Assembly: GCA_964057225.1 (NCBI GenBank)
Contig: OZ059898.1
Coordinates: 11,904,001 to 11,968,000, forward strand
Direction of reading: 5' to 3'
DNA: 64,000 bases
From: Auanema rhodensis
Lineage: Eukaryota > Animalia > Nematoda
A program made the translations under genes and the position numbers. The notes under the pieces were generated by a model. That model did no database searches. It was given only the letters and a program-made list of their open reading frames with translations, and was not told the DNA's origin. This document shows positions 13,976 to 28,200 of the stretch, piece by piece (position 1 is the first letter of the stretch; each line of letters opens with the position of its first letter).

Positions 13976-16900
13976 CTCTATCTATCTCTCTCCTTATATC
14001 TCTCTGCTTCTTCATGTATATCTCATCATTTTCCTTCATTGGGAAGTACCTTTCATAGAAAGTTGTTCAACTAGCTAAATAAGGCATTTTGGTGAGTAAA
14101 GGCTTCGAGTAAACGTCATTCTGGAAGACGAAATCTGCTTTTATTCTGATGTCTTTCTCACTATCCTAATACTCGTCTTCACACTCCTTTCTTCTCTCTT
14201 CTTCTTCCTACCCTTTAATCGTGTTCTCACTGAGTTTTCGCAACTTCGAACAATCTCATCTAATTTGATTGAAAATCTTTATTAGACGAACTTCACCATA
14301 AATCCTAATCACTATTATAAGTGTTGAATAATAATTTTATGATTAACTTACTCAAATGGTATTCTTCAATATTATGTTTGAAAGAAGATGTAAATTAATT
14401 AAAGCATTCAAATGTCCTTCTTTTTTAATTTTTTTGGCTTTTTCATTGTGGACTTCAAATTACAAAAATATGAAAGAATTGGCACGAGAATTGGCGAGAA
14501 AACACTCCATTAAGTTGCCTCAGCTGATTTTGGTACAAAAATAAAGCCTAAAATAGAATGGAACTTCCAAATTAATAGTAAAAACTATTTTCAGCTTCAA
14601 ATGAGAAAGCTGATAAGGATGAAGGAAAAAGTAAGAAGATCGCGACGTGAAGAGGGAAACTTTAACAGAAACTATCTCAATTGAAAAGCTTCAATGTTCT
14701 TATCTTAGTTTTTATTATAATTTTTGAAAAAATGCATAAAGCATGTCGTATGGAAGAATCAATCATTGGCAACCTGGTAGGCAATGGGCTTCACCGTCAC
14801 TTGTTCTAAGAGCTAAAGCTGTACTCTTCTGTTACCGTTATCACGTGCTAACCACGAGACATCTCCACGTCATCATCATCTTCATCATCATCGTCATCGG
14901 GTCAGCATTACCCTAATAGTCAGTCAGATGCCCTTCAAGTTTTCCTTCAGATGTCGTGATCAGTCGGAGTTGGCTTTAGAAGAACCGGACCGTGCAGTGC
15001 CGTAATTTGTAGTCCATTAGAAGACAATGGATGAAGCTCTTTCAGAGACTGAGTAACATGACTTTCGACAACAGGCTGTCTAGTCAATCGTTCTCATTGA
15101 TGTTCAAAGACAATTTATATAAAAAATGTAAAGATAATAAAGAAAATTTGCAGAAAAAACAAGCGAGAAGGAGCAAGTAGCATTCTGTGTTACTTTTTTT
15201 TGTTAAGAAAGTATAAATGAGTTAGTAAACTTCTTAAAATATCCGAAAAAATAGACAATATATGCTGGATGTATACTAATTCGCCTCCAGAAATTTCATG
15301 ATTATTCCCAAAATAGTAAAAAGTCTGATATTCTGAGTACTTGAGTACTTTGAATGAATCGGATATGCCAAGAAAACGTTTTGAAGATTAAGTATTATGC
15401 TGGCATTTATCTGATAGAGCAAGCAGATTCACGTGAAAAATTGTAAAAAGAATGGATATACAACTAGAGTTACTGAATCTAAAAAAGGATTTTGCTCACT
15501 CTTTTCGAGAAAATTTTTTTTATATTTGAAATGGCTTGACAACAGGCATATTTAGATAAAACTTGTAAAACGAAATAATATTCAAAATTAGACAAAAATT
15601 ATAAAAGAATATGCTGAAGTATTAAAATTAGAAATTTGCATGTAAAGCGGACACGTAAAACAGGCTGCAAGAATGTTTGTGATAAGCATCTCTAGGCCGG
15701 TAAACTTTTCAGTTCAACTCGTCAATTAGAAGGCCAGTAATTAGTTTGGCTTAGAGGGAAAAAAGATTTTCAATTTCACATGTAACAAGCCATTTTCTCA
15801 CTTTCTGCCCTGTTTTATTCATTGAAATCCAACTGCTCAAAGAAAAAAAAAGATTCTTTTCAATCTTCATTCATTATAACTTTCAGGAACCAAACTAGAA
15901 GCTCTATTGAAATGAAAAAGTTCAGATGGCAATAAAACTCATGAAATGGAAGTTTTTTCTATTTAAGTTATTCCATTCAGTATTAGATCAAAGTGGTGGC
16001 TTCTGGAGAACAAAGCGTTCTTAAGCTTAACATGATTTCAGCTTAGGTAAGCTGGTTCAAAAAGTAAAAGTTCACGTCATTTCTACTGCAAATTCATGTG
16101 TTAACATGTTGCATGTTGGTTTTTTTGACTTCGACTTTCTCAAAAGCAAAAAAAAAACAAAAATTCAAAAGACATGGGAATGGTTTGTGGAAGTAATAAT
16201 CCAGATAGGGGCTAAGCCGTCGAACAGCTTTTTTCCGCTTCAGGATAGCGTTGAAGAAGAAAATTGCATCCGACAACTCAAGCACGTTGCCACAGATGAG
16301 AATAAAGTTGGAAATATTTGGTGACAAGTTCACGGACATTCTTGCGATCAGTTTATTCTTCCTTCCTCGAAAAACTTGGGATCATAGTGAACTTACGGAT
16401 GAGTTCAATTCTACTATTTTCTTCACGAAGTGACAGAATTGAATTTTGAATTCATTTAAAAATTATATGAAACAGATGCCTGCTAGTGCTTGTTCAGCAA
16501 GTCCAAAATAGAGACGACAAACTGTGTTACTTTTAATAATTAATTTGTTAGACGTTAAAAGAGAAATGTGAGGTAATAAGGCTATATGAATACAAATATT
16601 ATTAATATATTCCCTTTTTTAAACGATTATATTGATATTTAAGTATTTAATCTCTCTAATTAAGTTTTTGACGTTCGAAATATTTTTACCAAAACTCACA
16701 GTGAACCCAAGCTATGCAACATTAACCTTTTTAGCTTTTTAGCTTTTGCTATAGCTCTCACAAAAAACAATTATTTTTTTGTTGATATCTAATTAAATGG
16801 TTATATAATTGAAAATATTCAGAATGTAATAGGGTAAAAGTGAGAGAAATGTTAGATGAAGGGAGTCAAATGACAAGAAAAGCATGACAAAGAAATTGAA

Positions 16901-19900
16901 GAACATTCCAGGACATCTTGCAAACGCATATAATATTAGAATTAAAGAGGAAGTTATAAAAGAGTTTCTTAGAAGAAAAAATATTACCAAGGTTTTAATA
17001 TACGGAAAAGTTTAGGTTATGAAGCATTTCCTTTCCGGAAATATCCTTTTTATATGGTTACGGTCAATATCAATTAGGCTTCGTTCAAAGCACACTTTGA
17101 GGCGGGGGGGGGGGAGAAGGAGGAAAAGAGGGTAAGACAGGAGGGAGTAGAACGACGACCAGAACAAGGACGAGAGCAACATGGAGGCAGCAGGAAACGT
17201 TTAACAGAACAATATTCAAACTTTTCCTTTTAATGTAGGAATAACAAAGGGATTAAAATAAATGAAGACAAGACATAAAACACACAAAGCTAATGTTTAA
17301 ATAAGAAAAATTGAAGAGAATCAGATAACATGTTTAGGAAGTAATTTGAAAGTCCTCGTGTAGTTAAGAAGAAAAAAAAGAAATTGAAAGGCGGGAACAG
17401 CGGAATTTAGTTTATGAACAGGACCTCGTTGATGGTTATTTCCATTAAAACTAGAGTATACATATGTATATCAGAATGCTCCGTCGGGTCGTTGGAGTAC
17501 AGATGCCATTGACAGCTGGATAACAGTTTTAGATAGAGATGAAGAAGAAAAGTGATTAAGTTGAAATAGATTATGATTTTAGAGAAATGATAACAAATCT
17601 TTGTTTAATATTCAAAAAGTATTCAGATTAATCACATAATAAAGAAAACAAAAAGAAAATATATTTGAAGAAAGCCGATTTGAAATTTTCTGAGAAAAAC
17701 CGTATATCGTTGATAGATACATGTGAGTGTGTTTGATGAAAGATGTTTGAACATTCAAAAGATGCATCCTATTTAGGAAAAAAAGAAAATAAAAATGAAT
17801 AACTTTTCTTTGTCTCTCTACATCTATTCTTTCTAAATTCTCTCTGTCTTCTTCATATTATTAGCATCACATGAGGACAGAAGAACTATGAAGTGTAATA
17901 TTGTACAAGAATATGCATTAAAGATCTGAATTTACTATAGCCAAAAAGGTCATAAACGAGCACAATGTGTCATGATCATGAACTGATGATTCAGCACAAC
18001 TATCGTTAGACAGCTTGACTGACTACGCCGAATGGAAGCTGGCAGCGAAATGGGCACGGCATCTGTTTTTCTCATCAAACAGTTGTAGATGAAACGGAAT
18101 AAAGTTTGTCTTTCGTGACATGCAGCATCAACTACGTGCGCTCTATTCATAGTCTAGATGTTGTTGCACCAGACAATTCCGAATAATGCTGGCCGATAAG
18201 CTGCTCAGGTGGAAGCTGACTTGCCATCTGCGGTGAATTGCTGATGACTTGAAAATCCAGGAAACGGGGCTAGATGGCCGAATAAACAATGCTCTCAAGA
18301 CACGACGAAAAGGAATTAGTCGAAATCGAAAAAGGTAATCCTCACGTGCTCATAGCAGCATGTAGCTGGGACTGGTAAAATTGGATGGAAGAACACAAAA
18401 CGGTTCAGTGCACATTGACAATATGGGATGTGTGAGTATACATCCGAATCTCAACCAGATTTATCTTTGAGACGCAAGAAAAAAAGAGAAAAAAAAAGAT
18501 TTTGAAGCAATTTGTCTTACACGGAAGGATATTCTTTTTTTTTCTTCATCTGTAACATAGAATTGTCTTCGTTTTTTGACATTTTTTTAAACATTAAAAT
18601 ATGAATGATAGTTAGATATATAGTATATATATATGATTTTTCACCCAAAATACATTGAGAACATAGAGATAATAAGAATTTTCTAGTTTTCTATAGGTAG
18701 GTAGGTAGATTGATAGCTCACACATTGAAAGATTGTCAACAAAACGCTGCCGTCTCACTTTCCTGAATAATCTAAATATAGAAGAACAATAAAGCTTAAA
18801 ATGCTGTAATACTACGTAACATTGTGATCAGTGAAAATTTTACTTACATTCATGTTCAATTGCTTATTTGGTTTTGTCTACTTTTATTGAATGAATACTC
18901 TAAAATAGTCTTGTTTTTCTTACATTTGCACTTCAGTAAATCTTACGAAATTTGAAGAAAAGCAGAACTAAATTTCCATATTTTGGTTTTAACGGCAATT
19001 TTTATAAGTTAATATACATTTTAATATAATTATTGTATACTCAATAAGGTAAATCTAAGATAACATCATGATTTTAGTGCTAATCTGAAGATCGGAAACA
19101 ACCCTCTTCCTCTTTCATTTAACAGGCTTTTTCATGGATTTACGACTGATAGAGCTTATCTCACTCATGATCTTCTATCTGTATTTCAACCTCAGAAAAC
19201 ATTTTGTGATCACAGAATACTTTGAATATCAGTGGTTACATTATATATTGGATTTTCTGCTAAGCCTATTAGTAATTCTATACAACTAACATTCATTTTC
19301 TTATTCTTCTTCTGTACTATCTTCAGGAAATCTTGTTGTTGTTGTATTATATATAGAAATAAATGAAAAATTTCATGATTATCTTATTGTTTTTTGCTTG
19401 TTTTCTTCATCAATTTTGTTGAAACAGAAACATTTGGATGTTTCAATTCTATCCGTTATAATATTCATTTAGAAAGAAAACTTCTAAGAAGTTTTGTCTC
19501 ATAAACGATAGAAATATCTGCTTTTTCTATTTGAATTCTTGATTTCGGTACATAAGCATATTCTCTAAACAACGTAATCGATTAGCCTTTTATCTTTTCC
19601 TTTTTTAAAATTATTACCTCATTCTTTCTTTTTTAAGAAAAAAAACTTTTTTTTCAGTGTACACCACTGCTTAAGTCATCTCTCATAAACGTCTCTTCTT
19701 TCTTATTTCTGAAGTATATTCTTTTGAAATGCATTGGATACTTCAATTGATTAAGGTCTAGCTAAATTCTTGTCGAATTTAAAATAAAAAAAGATTGTTT
19801 TCTGTCTTTTCTAGTGAATTTCATTTCATGTTTTTTCTATACTCCCTTCATGAGTTCAGAGTAATCAAGACAATTGGAAAAGTTAGCTTTACGCAGTCGT

Positions 19901-20537
19901 AGTGAACCTTCTCATATAGTTGTAACTTATGTTTGAAGAAAGTTTATTTTCCTTCAAAACTATCTGAAATAGGGATCAAACATAAAAGGATTTCAAGCTT
20001 CATATGGATGGGCTAGGATTTGAACTGGAGTGATCGATTGGATTTGTATGATAACCTTTTACCAATCAGCTAATCATACAAATTTTAAAAAGTTTATTGT
20101 AGCGGCCTAATACTCTTTTAAGCTTTAGAAGCTTAGAACTTGATTTATGCTTGTTTAAACTAATCATATTACATATCATTGTAATCAATAGAATAAGCTG
20201 AACATGTTTGTACCAAATATTAACAAATTTTCTTATTTTCTCAGTTTCATCATAACTATTTCAAAATTCATGATATTTAGCAAATTATTCAAAAAAAAAA
20301 TTATTTTTTTCTAATTATAGTTCAAACTGACAATAAGTTACAACAATGAATAAAGCTTGTTTGTATTGAAATTTCTGATCACGAAGATCATGAACTATTC
20401 CATTATTGTGTGTGAAATTAGATATTTAGACTTGTTTGTAAATCGTATATGATCATGAAAATAATGACTTCTTATGAAATATTCCTTTGAAAAACACAAC
20501 GTCACCATTGTTTAAAACTGATATTTCTTATATTAAT

Positions 20538-20553
20538 AGAGAGAGAGAGAGAT

Positions 20554-20602
<49 letters not shown>
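20538..20602. repeat. (GA)n microsatellite
   Basis: Direct reading of the sequence. Confidence 0.95.
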
Positions 20603-20605
<3 letters not shown>

Positions 20606-22238
20606 TAGCAGTGTAAGAGCTATTTTCAGGTCTCTCCGTCTACTTTTGTGTCATTCATACCTTATATTATACTATGTGTGTTCTATATTGTACATAATGA
20701 AATTGCTATGAAAGTGATAAAACTTTATTTTTGTTTAATAAAATATATATTTTTTAATTATTTATAAATGATAATAAAACAATTTTCTGACAAAAATAGT
20801 AAATATGCTTGTGAATAATCATTCCATTATTCAAAGAATATCTATTGCTTCATCAGTTATCACAATGTTACGTTAATTAACTATACATATAATTTAAGAA
20901 AAACTGAGAAATGCTGAAGAAGCATATTGGTGAACAGAATGACCGCTGATCTACTATTCCACCTGGTTTAACTAGACGGATTTCACAGATCGGTACCCGC
21001 AAATAACGATCATTTTCTGTGCAGAAAAGAAAAAAAACAAAAAATTGTTCACCAATTCTTCAGATTTCTATGTTGTGGCGATAATAAAGACAAAGAAAAA
21101 CTTGACAGAATCATTATGAGCTTGAGGAAATACCACAGTAGAAATTAAGGCCTCATAGTTGATGGGATATAATTGAATGAAAAATTAAATTAAAAGATAA
21201 CAATTTAGATGATTAAGAAATGACGACAACTTCTGATTTTACAAGATTTAGGTTGATGAGAGAGTGAGAGTGAGAGAGAGAGAGAGAAAAGAAAAAAGGG
21301 TGGAGTGGGGTGAAGGAGAGGGGTTGATGAGGATTGGAAGAAAAAAAAAAGAAAAATACGATAAATTACAATTAGAATGAAAGAATGTCACACGGTCGTC
21401 TTAGCCCTTATCTAGTTACCCTTTTGTGGTGACCGTTCGTCCATCAGTTGTCCATCACAGACATCAGAAGACGAGTTGGGTCAAATGAATGAATGGAAAC
21501 ATATATAAGAATAAAGGAAGAAATGAATGTAAATTATTAATTTCAATAGTTAGATAGTTCATGCAAGCGAAAAAGATTGTAATCACAGTAATCAATTATG
21601 CCAAAAACTATAGCCTAATTGAAGAAAGTTTCTTTAGCATTTCGAGGAAAACACAAGCTTGTTCAATGATGATTCAGACTATGGCTAGTAGTCTAGTGAA
21701 AGAAAATAGAATTACGAAATGCCAAAAAGCAAGAATGGCCGGAAAATCGGCTGGGCTATATTCATCTAGATGTTCACACTAAACATCAAACAGAAACATA
21801 TATATGTATATATAATCTAATAAGGCAAATGCTTCAACCGAAAATAGAGTAAACGGTCACAAAGATTTTGTTTTGTACATGGAAAGACTTTATATTCGGT
21901 AAAATCGAATATAAAGTTGAAGATTTGATAATAAGAAGAAGCTAGAATAGGGTATTGAATGTGAATAAATATTAAATTAGAAGAAAAATGATAGAAATAA
22001 GTTGAGTTGGCTGGCTTGTCTCTAGTAGTTTGGGGAGTAAGATGAGTAATGAGAGTAATAGCTAAGAAAAAAAGAAAGAAAATGATCCGACAGCATATAC
22101 AAGTATTGGCACAATCACTTGCTCTTATGTGCATGCTTCTAGAAATTTACGTTGGGCATAGAGCTCGCGGCTTAGTGGCAAAGCTTGTTATAGCTCATAG
22201 CTCTTAGATGACATAATCGTTCGAATCCAATGGCATGG

Positions 22239-25200
22239 CTACTGACTATCCGAAAGATGAAGACCAGAATCTGTGGTATCGTTGCCATCGTGCTTTTCCT
22301 ACAATAGCACGAGTCAGTGATGACGCTTCGAAGAAGAGCAACTAACCAATGGCCTATCTTCAGTTTCGGTTGTTGATTCTTCTTCAGCTAAGCCATGCAG
22401 AACAGGAACACGCACTGTCATATCAGCAATCAGAGCATTCATATCCTCAGAAGCTAATGATAGAGCATCACCATTCGAACACATCGAAGCATGAGAATTT
22501 TGGAAAGAATCCTAAAATATCATAATAAGGTAATTCATAGAGGAATATATGTTACAAGAGAACATACCGAATCATCGTCCAAATCACAGATAGAGCTACC
22601 ACGCAACTGATTCTGAGTCCATTTTTCAGCTTTCTTCATTTCTAGTTGAGCAATATTCTGACGCAATTCTTGGATAGTTTGAATAGCTTCAGAATACTTT
22701 AATCGCTCCATCATGCATTGTTCATTCATTTCAGATTCTTTTTGAATGCTCTTCTGCTTCTCAGAACGGATTCCAGATTCCAAATCTTTTGCAGCCTTTT
22801 GGGATATCGTCAAATCTTCACGAATACGTTTAACTTCTTCATCTTGACGCTTGAGTTGGTTTGTACAGACATGATTCTGAGTTTCAAGCTCCATGACCTT
22901 GAAGGAAATTCAAAAAATTAATTGTTTCGGAGAAGTATATACATACCTTTTGACGCATTTCTTTCAATTCAGCTAATGTGTCAGCTTCCTTGATTCTGAC
23001 GCCCATCAATTGGTCTTCAAGTTCTTTAACTGTAATGCCATCTTCTTCACTCACTGATCCCATGAATGAAGCAGTGATCTTAGCTAATCTTGCTCTAAAA
23101 ATTAGAAAAAAATGATTCCAAATCATTTATCAATATGCTTCTTACCTGGCAGAAGTCAATGGAGGACTTGGATTAGTAGGTGTCTGTGGGTCTTGGGAAG
23201 CCGAATCTTTCTCAATCGATGCAGTTGTTGGATCAAATGCACGAGTATGAACATATTTCTGTAAAAAACATACAATTAACAAATTTATTTGACAAATAGA
23301 AAAAGAAAAATTGATAGAGAGGAAATCAACTTACAGCCCAGTGCTGTTCCAAGTCTGCAAGGCGTTGGCGCATTTCTTTGAGAGCCAGTAAGCTTTCAGC
23401 TTCTCTCATCTTAGTAGATATTAATTCTTCTTGTAAATTAGCTACATCTTCTGAAGGTTCATGTTCCCTCAGGCGTTTATTTGCCAATTCAAGCTCCTAA
23501 AATTGAGAAAATCAGTCAATAGCTTTCAGATGAATTATGAGTCATTACTCATTTTCATATTTGTATACATGTTATGCATAATAAATATTAAATTTTCTAA
23601 AAAATGTACACCTCTTTCTTCATTTGAGTTACATTGATTTTTAGTAAAAATAAAAAACCATTCCTTCATTCCTTCCTTCTCCCCCTCTTATTACTCCTTT
23701 TCTTCACTCTCTTCTCAGATCAGAGAAAAGAGATCTTCAAACAATCAAATTGTAAAAACGAAAAACTCACAGCAACACGGTTTTTACAATCTCGGATAAC
23801 ATTCTCGTTATCAGCTTGTCTGGTGTGACCTTCAATAATTTCTTGCTGAAGGGAATGGATATGCTCAATCATAGAAGTATCATCAACTTGAGCTTCCTTG
23901 TCAACCAAATTGCCTCTTCGAGCAGATGATAGTTCACTAAAATGCGACAATTAAAACGGAAATTCATTTGTAATGTTAATCTTTTTTTCTACATTCTTCT
24001 TTCTTTTTCTCCTCTTCCAATGAAAAAATGTAATAAAGTTTGAAATGATGCAGAAAAACTTGCCGAATGGTTTCATAGGCATCTTCTAATTTTCGATGAG
24101 CATCTGAGTTAATATCCCGGAGTTTTGATAGCTCATGAGCTATGTTAATGCAATTCTCGGCTTCCTGTGCAAGATTCACTTGGCCTTTGACCAAGCGATC
24201 AGCTAAAGCAGCTGATTCAGCCTCCAGATAGTCAATACGTTGTCGGAGCAAGCGATTCTCTGTTCGCAGACGCTGAAAATAAAACGAATTAGATCATTTA
24301 ATTCAATTCCATATTAATATTTTTTCATGAAATAGGAAATACTATTCAGTTTATAAGACCTTTACTTAAACTTTCTCAATAGAACTCCAATGTGCACGAA
24401 GAGCAATGTGCACAAACATAGGAGAAACATACACACACATACATACAATCAAACAAATAAATTGAAAACTTTCAATCTTTCTAAGACAACTTCTGACCCG
24501 ATATTCTTCTTTCAATTGACGAAACTAAGAAAAGAAAGGTTTAAACATGAGAAATGGCCAAATCTTAACAGACGGACTTTGTTTGTTTCTTCGGTTTCTC
24601 GTACATCTACGATGTCGTCTACTTGCAATTATTCATCGTTTTTGCTTCATACAGATTTCATATACTTCTGTTTATAAGTTTATGAAAAAACTCAATATTT
24701 TCTTCTTCATCGTGAAGATTTACTCCTTTTTACCAGGTTGTGCCGTTCAGCTGATAGAGAGAAGCATCAGTTATTTCCACTCAATCAACATCATAAGCTG
24801 ATGCACATCGCTGGCTGTAAAGCCATTTACATCTGTCGTCTACTTTCTAATGATTCAACTTGACAGCATTTCACACACATAACCCTATGGTCTTCATCTG
24901 ATAGATGGACATAGCTATTAGATAAGTTTATATCTCACTGTTACACCTCAAGATATCAAAGAAGAAATGAAATATGAGGTGAAAGTATATCGATGCAAAT
25001 TCATGAGAAAGGGAAGAGAAAGGTAGAGAGGGAGAAAAGAGAGTGAAAGAGAATACAACTCGTCATCTTATTCATAAAAGCTTGTTGATACTTGATATAT
25101 CATTATATATTATTTAATTATATAACTTTCAGATTTTTTTAAATAATTTCATCAAATTTTCAATAGGAAAATGTCTTTTTTAAAGAAAATTTGACCCAAA

Positions 25201-28200
25201 GCACATGTAATTATTCCTTTTCTTGTCCTCATACCATAAGGTCCATTACTTCTTTCTATAGAACAACAATTAAAAATCGTCATCATCATAATACATTTTC
25301 AAGAAAGAAGAAGAAGAAGAAGAAGAAGAACGATTCAGAAGACCAAATTTCCTAAGATCTTAATAAGATCCGCCTTTTAGCTATTCTTAATAAGGTGTTT
25401 TTGCCCTAGAAGATGAATGTATTAAGACAATCTTATATAGATTTCTTCATCTTTTTCTTTTGTGGCTGACTGCACATAGCCTATGAACAAATCTCTCGTA
25501 AAGTGGATTTAGATTTTTTTCTTCAATCATTTGAAAATATTTGAAGAAAATACTCTAGTATATAGTATAGTGGTATAGAATAGTGGAGACAATAGATAAT
25601 CAAAATGAAATTAAAAACATAACAACACATTGTGATTATATTGATTATAATAGATAATAAAATCAATAGAAAACTTATTCATCAGAATAAACTTTCTTTT
25701 ATGAGTTTTATGAGATATTTTTCAAGTTTTATATAAAATAATTAAGTTAACTATAGCATATATTATAATATATATATATACATGAACTATATTGATTTCA
25801 TATAAACTATTTCAATCCTCTCAACTCTTGAGAATTATTACATTCATTCATCTATCTATCTATCTATCTATCTATCTATATAGAGTGGATTATTAAGTAT
25901 AATACATACATATATCTATATGAAGTATATCAAACTATTACATACTTGTTAGTTATACTATATACATATAGTATAACTAACTATACATTGATTTATGTAC
26001 TCGCTTCAACGAACATCTATAGAGAGTATGGGAGAAGAATGAATAGCTATTATCTCCATTTGTTCGACATAACCTTCCTAACGCGTTCTGATTTGTTGCC
26101 AACATCATAGCACAGACATAACGCCTTCTCTCCCCCCCCCCCTCCACTCCACCACATACGTACAGACATCAACCATAATGTGGTTTAGGGATGGAAGTAT
26201 GGCGAAAAGAGCCTACAGACAATCATCATCATCATCATCATGTTGCCAAAGTTCGAGGAATTTCGCGCATTTTTACATGAACTACAAGGTTTTGCAGAAG
26301 TGAATGCGCGAGAGGCAATTGTGTGTCTCGACCACGAGTGATATTTTCTATTTTTTTGGAAGAAAAAACAATTTCGGCATGTTAAGAGGCTATAAAGCTT
26401 GCAGATCAGTTTATCTGATAAATTCATCCAAGAAGAACAAGCTTTCCTCACTTACCGTTCTGGAAAACCGGCCTCTGTCAAACGATCTTTGTTGATTTGC
26501 TCTAGAAACTGAATTATTCTTTGATTTCAAGTTCATTACAAGAGATTCAGTCGATTATTATCATTCTCTGACAGCTATATCATATATTATTCAAGAGCGT
26601 TCATATAGGATTGAAGGTTGTCTAACCAAAAATTGAAAATGTGTTTTCATTCAATTTCATCGAAAAAACGATGTTAAACGGACACAACTTCCTAATTTCG
26701 TCGTTCAACGCTTAAGCATATGCTTCATATATTTTGATCATTTTTTAGTTTTCAATAAAGAAAAGTAAAGTTTAAAGAATATAACAATCAACTTTACTAT
26801 CTTCAACTTTGACTTCTTATTCTATTGCCCCACCCTAACCTTCGCTCAATGTACTACCAAAGTATATTCAATTTCATTATTAAACAGTGTTTTAAAGTTT
26901 TTTTTTGTGTATAAGAAACTTGAAATGATTCGTATTATGATGTTGTCCTTTCATTTTTTTTTTTGCCCAAAAAATGAGAAAAAGAAATGTAAAAACTATG
27001 AGACTGACTAGTTAAGAGTACAATGCAAAAGAGAAGAAATGATTGGTATAGTTAAACAGGAATATACTAGATAGTTCAATCAAGTACTTTGAGAAAAGTA
27101 GAAGAATGACTGAAATTTCCACTTTTCGACAATGTTTCCTCTTCTTCCAAACAATCTCAAATGCCATTAACATAGATTTTTTGCTATTTAAAAGCTAAAC
27201 GCTATAACAAGACAGACAAACTGTTCAATCCATTTATAAAATTAATTTCCAAAAATCTATTAGAAGGATGCGGTTCAGAGAAAGAGAGGGAAAAGACGGA
27301 AATCATCTGGTTCAATCTACCACTCAACGCATCAGCTATGATGGAACGAGCTTGAGTTCTTTATCAAACATGATTTCTTTTCATTTCAGAATTTCCCACC
27401 AAATCAACTGTGATTAGGTCACAACGGTTAAAGGAATCTTTCACGAAAACACGATGTGATTGATGAATCTTGAGGATTCCATCAGAAAATTCAAGAAATA
27501 ACATGCATATGGTTGGAGAAAAGGGTAAGCTCAAAGAGATTGTCTCATTCACAGGGCCATTTCTTCCGTTTTGATATTATTAAGATCGTTGAAATATCTG
27601 ATATGGGAAGAACGGCAAATGAGAGAAAAATCAACCAAATACGATGACGATAATGATCGATTGAAAAGACATGAAGAAAACAAAAGAGGAAGAAAGTAAT
27701 AGAAAGATAGATAGAGGAAGAGAGAGAGAGAGAGAGAGAGAGAGAAGGGTTAAAAAGAAAACATAGGTAAATCAAGAGAATGAAAGAGAGAGAGAGAGAA
27801 TTAGAGAGAGAGAATTAAGGGGATTCGTTCTTTCGCCCCCATTCAATATAATCAATCCACATAACTTATCATCATCATCTTCATATGAAATACAGAAAGA
27901 ATGTTCTTTAACGTTAACCCCAAATATAGAATATTCCAAAGAAACTAAGCAATTCAACAGAATTCAAATCATAACCATAACTAACGTTGACGCAATTTTA
28001 ACTATATATCATATAATATAATATATAAAGTTTACATGTGACATATTGTACTTCGAATCGTTCAAAAATGACTTTTTGTGAGTCATCAACATGGCATGAA
28101 ATTGGGGCGTTTGGACGTGAGTTATCGCCTGATTCACCTGTGCCAGCCAAACACAGTTTTACAGCTCGTTTGTCGTTCTCGTCTTAGATAGTTTACTAGC

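Noticed and set aside
18241-18285. CTGATGA...GAAA resembling a hammerhead core (similar cases near 44663 and 3446 minus)
   Set aside because: Stems I and III and the UH cleavage site cannot be formed, and GAAA does not directly follow a proper stem II.
22161-22235. tRNA-like pattern on + in the EVI5 3'UTR (GCTT-AGTGGCA-AAGC D-arm, GTTCGAATCC B box)
   Set aside because: The acceptor and T stems do not pair, and the anticodon loop lacks U33 and purine 37. Not a tRNA; chance or a very old relic.
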